From: a virus
Lineage: Duplodnaviria > Heunggongvirae > Uroviricota > Caudoviricetes
Direction: 5' to 3' (one strand)
DNA: 10,475 nucleotides
IMG/VR virus record: IMGVR_UViG_2541047124_000005
Coordinates: 1 to 10,475 of that record
A model generated the notes under the pieces. That model was not told the origin of the DNA. It worked only from the letters and a program-made list of their open reading frames with translations, and searched no databases. Positions 8,105 to 10,475 of this stretch are shown piece by piece (within the stretch, counting starts at the first letter, position 1; every line of letters starts with the position of its first letter). The translations under genes and the position numbers were made by a program.

Positions 8105-8300
8105 GGAGAGCTTTAAACATGCATCGTGCGAACAACTTTAAGAAAACGCGTTCGATGTCGAACAAAAAACACTCAATTCGACATACAAAAAACAAATAAC
8201 CATTAATAATCAATAAGATGCAAAGATGATGGTGGCCGATAAAAATGCAAAAACTAGCCTTTTTCCGCGACGCTCCCGCCCCGTGGCAGGCCACCCCACC
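8105..8300 (-). other. candidate cos site: cosN-like GC-rich core (plus 8265..8286) plus AT-rich cosB-like region with TCGA-containing repeats (plus 8110..8200)
   Basis: On the gene strand the sequence reads ...CCTCCCGGTGGGGTGGCCTGCCACG GGGCGGGAGCGT CGCGGAAAAAGG..., which parallels the lambda cos junction as I recall it (...TTTCCGGTGATCCGACAGGTTACG GGGCGGCGACCT CGCGGGTTTTCGC...). The 12-mer GGGCGGGAGCGT (plus 8270..8281) differs from the lambda cohesive end at 4 positions. Between it and terS lies an AT-rich stretch with A-tracts and repeated TTCGA/TCGAAC motifs (8126..8136, 8150..8163, 8177..8193), including the palindrome GTTCGA-TG-TCGAAC, plausibly terS-binding R elements. Confidence 0.45.
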
Positions 8301-8703
8301 GGGAGGAGCCGTCAGCCTGAAAGCCATGACGAACGTCTGATACAGCCCTTGCATGAATGGCATCGGGATAATCCAGAAAGGAATAGCATCGACCCACAAG
8401 AATCTGTGTGAGTGTCCTGTTTCTTCCACCCCCGCACAGGACTGGCGAGCATGAGGGACAAACCCGCGAATCATTAGCGCGGTAAAAACCCGGTGTGCAT
8501 CGTTTTTGATTATTCCCGCACACTCGCGCAGAAGGAGTTCCCCGTCGGGCTACGGTCATGGTTAATGCGGGAATACAGCGACGATACAGCGCATGATGTG
8601 TCAGGCTTGAATACCTTTATCCGTTAAAAGGGATATCAGTTAAGTTATCCCGTGTAGGGTATAAGCCATTATCAAGCCCACCAGTAGATGGGCTTTGTAA
8701 TGG

Positions 8704-8961
8704 CTACTTCGCTTTTGCTTCCGCTCGCTTACGCCGGCGCTCTTCTTTCCTCTCGGCTTTTGCCATGTCCATGAATGCCTGCATGATCGAGTTCCGCATC
8801 ATGTAGCTAACAAAGTGATGATTGACACAGCCGTTGAGGCGCAGCTGCTCGCCAAACTCATCCACCGAGGCCAATGCTTCCATCATACCCTTCTCGCCTT
8901 TCATGAACTCTGAGAAGTCGCGCCCCGCTCTGGAGGCGCATTCAATGACACGATCACTCAT
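8704..8961 (-). CDS. hypothetical small protein (85 aa), or frameshifted C-terminal part of the upstream KilA-N-like gene
   Basis: ORF MSDRVIECASRAGRDFSEFMKGEKGMM...AKAERKEERRRKRAEAKAK with a highly charged Lys/Arg/Glu-rich C-terminus. Its ATG (8961..8959) overlaps the stop of the upstream ORF as ATGA. No family recognised with confidence. Confidence 0.4.
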   Translation of the reverse strand: MSDRVIECASRAGRDFSEFMKGEKGMMEALASVDEFGEQLRLNGCVNHHFVSYMMRNSIMQAFMDMAKAERKEERRRKRAEAKAK

Positions 8962-9455
8962 CCCGGAAGCCCGGGGATCGAAATCTGCAACTGGTTAGCC
9001 AGGGAGTTAATTTCAGCGATCAAACCAGGTTTCGTGTAGCGCCATGCCGCGAGGCCTTGTCCACAGAAGCTCGCCATGTCTTTTTTCTGATCAAACTCAT
9101 GACATTTCATGTTGAGCTGCGCACTTAAGCTGTTCCGATGATGAAGCTCTCCGGTGAAGTAATCATCGAGGACTTTATAGGCTGCATATTTAAATCCGGG
9201 GTTTAGCCATGCTGCGTAATCATAAGCAACGAACTTTCCGCCATAAGTTCCACCGTGCGCACCGCGTTCCGTAAAAACCACAGATTCGTGGTTTTTCTCC
9301 AGCTCAGCCAAGAACTCTTTGGTCTGCTTGTTTCGCAGGTAGTGGTACGGAGATTCAGATTCACTTTTACCACTGGCTTTCCACATATCAGTGAGGCAGA
9401 TCATGCCATCTTCACCGATACGGATTGGTTGATTGAAGAGGGTTAATGATTTCAT
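8958..9455 (-). CDS. KilA-N domain-like protein (accessory gene between the lysis cassette and cos)
   Basis: 165-aa ORF MKSLTLFNQPIRIGEDGMICLTDMWKASGKSESESPYHYLRNKQTKEFLAELEK...GGTYGGKFVAYDYAAWLNPGF... The pattern (segment ending in G-x-I/Y, then L-T/N-D-hydrophobic-x-K-A-x-GK, then W/YLR-x-x-x-T-x-EF, then a G-T-W/Y-hydrophobic...A-x-W-x-x-P-x-F block) matches my recollection of the KilA-N/APSES-type domain. AGG lies 8 nt upstream of the ATG. Confidence 0.5.
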   Translation of the reverse strand: MKSLTLFNQPIRIGEDGMICLTDMWKASGKSESESPYHYLRNKQTKEFLAELEKNHESVVFTERGAHGGTYGGKFVAYDYAAWLNPGFKYAAYKVLDDYFTGELHHRNSLSAQLNMKCHEFDQKKDMASFCGQGLAAWRYTKPGLIAEINSLANQLQISIPGLPG

Positions 9456-9570
9456 AGCGTGTACCTACTCTTTGAAATGAACCTTTGCCGCACAGGAAAC
9501 CAGCCCACCGAGGCTCGCCAGCACTAACTGGTATCCTCAAAGGCCCATTCCAAAGGGGCAGGTTCGGTGT

Positions 9571-9597
9571 AAAAAACATGCGTTGCGGTACGCATTT
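9571..9597 (-). terminator. candidate intrinsic terminator (second of two tandem terminators downstream of Rz)
   Basis: Minus-strand RNA: AUGCGU-ACCGCA-ACGCAU (6-bp stem from plus 9578..9583 and 9590..9595, 6-nt loop) followed by G and a U6 tract (plus A6 at 9571..9576). Confidence 0.4.
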
Positions 9598-9600
9598 ATT

Positions 9601-9625
9601 GCAAAAAGCCCCGCATCGCGAGGCT
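9601..9625 (-). terminator. candidate intrinsic terminator (first of two, about 33 nt downstream of the Rz stop)
   Basis: Minus-strand RNA: AGCCUCGC-GAU-GCGGGGCU (8-bp stem including one G-U pair, 3-nt loop) followed by UUUUUGC (plus aaaaa at 9603..9607). Confidence 0.5.
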
Positions 9626-9657
9626 CATTAAATGGACTTTGTGATTTGCAAAAAAAA

Positions 9658-10095
9658 TTATTTCAGGCATTGCGTCCTGATGTACTCCTGCAGGTAGTTA
9701 ACCTGCGCGGTTATCTTGTCGATTCCACCTCGGAGACGGTAATAATTGAGTTCAGCATCTGCTGTAAGTCCTGGGCTTTCTCCATCGCCCATGCTGCTGG
9801 CTCCGGTCGTTGACTTTGCACAGGTGGCGGAGACTTGCAGGCGCTTACGCCCAGCAGAAACATCAGCACGGAGACTTTCGATAGTCGCATTAGCATCAGC
9901 AAGCTCCTTTGTGTATCTGGCGTCAAGTTCTGCTACATCACGTTGCCGCTTCTGCATATCAGCGATGATGGATGTGGCTTTATCGCGCTGCTCTTTGTAG
10001 GCGATGGCGTTATCACGGTAATGATTAACAGCCCATGACAGGCAGGCGATAATGCAGATAACCAGAGCGGAGATAATAACGGTTACCCTGCTCAT
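9658..10095 (-). CDS. Rz: i-spanin Rz (inner-membrane spanin subunit)
   Basis: Translation from ATG 10095..10093 gives [39 protein letters not shown]..., near-identical at the N-terminus to lambda Rz as recalled ([39 protein letters not shown]...). N-terminal TM segment followed by a charged coiled-coil-like region. The track start at 10107 is a GTG with no room for an SD; the ATG at 10095 is preceded by GGGGG at 5 nt and overlaps the endolysin stop (ATGA). Confidence 0.9.
   Translation of the reverse strand: MSRVTVIISALVICIIACLSWAVNHYRDNAIAYKEQRDKATSIIADMQKRQRDVAELDARYTKELADANATIESLRADVSAGRKRLQVSATCAKSTTGASSMGDGESPGLTADAELNYYRLRGGIDKITAQVNYLQEYIRTQCLK
9711..9896 (-). CDS. Rz1: o-spanin Rz1 (outer-membrane lipoprotein), entirely embedded in the +1 frame of Rz
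   Basis: Track ORF 9711..9926 lies wholly within Rz in another frame. From the internal Met at 9896 the product is [20 protein letters not shown]|[16 protein letters not shown]...: short basic n-region, hydrophobic core, lipobox-like VSAC, then a Pro-rich mature region as in lambda Rz1. Exact start (9896, 9890 or 9926) is uncertain. Confidence 0.7.
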   Translation of the reverse strand: MLMRLSKVSVLMFLLGVSACKSPPPVQSQRPEPAAWAMEKAQDLQQMLNSIITVSEVESTR

Positions 10096-10475
10096 TGTTG
10101 CCCCCACAAACAGACTTCACGCTCAATCTCGCGGCGAGTCATCAGCCCTTTCCATTGCTTACCGCCAGCGTATGTCCAGCGCCGTAGCTGATCACATGCG
10201 CCTTTGATATCGCCCTGGTTTATTTTGCGAAGAAGCGTCGATGTTCTGAAATTGCCAGCGCCCACGTTGTAAACGAACGAGTAAAGAGCGCCGCGCGTTG
10301 TTTCCGGTATATCGACGTTGATGTACGGGTTAATTTGTCTGGCGACCGTGGCAAGGTCTTTATTCAGGAGGGCTTTGCATTCTGCTTCGGTATACGTTTT
10401 ACCGGGAATGATGTCTTTTCCGGTGTGTCCGTGACATACAGTCCATACGCCAACGATATCTTTGTATGGTATGTA
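10092..10475 (-). CDS. endolysin, phage lysozyme type (GH24, T4 lysozyme / P21 R family); C-terminal 127 codons only, 5' end beyond the right edge of the window
   Basis: Minus-strand translation from the window edge is open for 127 codons to TGA at 10094..10092: [127 protein letters not shown]. The G[11 protein letters not shown] block and overall layout match the phage lysozyme family (compare P22 gp19 TIGVGHTGK). Not in the ORF track because no start codon lies within the window. Confidence 0.85.
   Translation of the reverse strand, partial: YIPYKDIVGVWTVCHGHTGKDIIPGKTYTEAECKALLNKDLATVARQINPYINVDIPETTRGALYSFVYNVGAGNFRTSTLLRKINQGDIKGACDQLRRWTYAGGKQWKGLMTRREIEREVCLWGQQ

Noticed and set aside
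8201-8220. IHF binding site within the AT-rich cosB-like region (AATCAATAAGATG)
   Set aside because: It matches the WATCAA half of the IHF consensus but lacks the downstream TTR at the correct spacing; not reported as a feature, though DNA bending by the A-tracts here is still plausible.
8085-8559. Minus-strand ORFs of 129 aa (8085..8474) and 101 aa (8254..8559) and plus-strand ORF of 61 aa (8226..8411) in the terS-upstream region
   Set aside because: They span the candidate cosN/cosB region, which would be cut in virion DNA. Translations are low-complexity (Arg/Gly/Cys/His-rich) and the 129-aa ORF overlaps the terS start. More parsimonious as non-coding cos DNA.
9583-9813. Plus-strand ORF of 76 aa downstream of and overlapping Rz, considered as a possible bor-like opposite-strand gene as in lambda
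   Set aside because: No resemblance to lambda Bor (no lipoprotein signal, different composition), and it overlaps the Rz coding region and the terminator hairpins antisense; judged spurious.
1-10475. tRNA genes, CRISPR arrays, integrase or attachment sites, insertion sequences, toxin-antitoxin or defence-system genes
   Set aside because: No cloverleaf-like tRNA candidates, no regularly spaced direct-repeat array, and no ORF with integrase, transposase, nuclease or defence-like hallmarks were seen; the window is filled by contiguous late-operon genes on one strand.

Overview
This window is the late region of a lambda-like (lambdoid) siphovirus or prophage from an enterobacterial host, with every gene on the minus strand. 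Reading right to left (the direction of transcription): endolysin (3' part only, GH24 lysozyme type), Rz/Rz1 spanins, two tandem intrinsic terminators, a KilA-N-like accessory gene overlapping a small 85-aa ORF, about 600 bp of non-coding DNA holding a candidate cos site, Nu1-like small terminase, gpA-family large terminase, gpW-like, a lambda-family portal gene interrupted by a frameshift in a homopolymer run, a ClpP-type prohead protease fused to the major capsid protein, a DUF2190-like small head protein, a FII-like head-tail joining protein, gpZ, gpU, and the first 27 codons of gpV. I did not find a convincing novel defence or anti-defence system; the window is largely an ordinary structural and lysis module. 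The points most worth checking are the portal frameshift, the KilA-N/85-aa pair between lysis and cos, the divergent cos site, and the structured non-coding DNA upstream of cosN. All homology statements rest on my recollection of lambda, P21 and T4 family proteins and on motifs read directly from the supplied translations; no database search was run.
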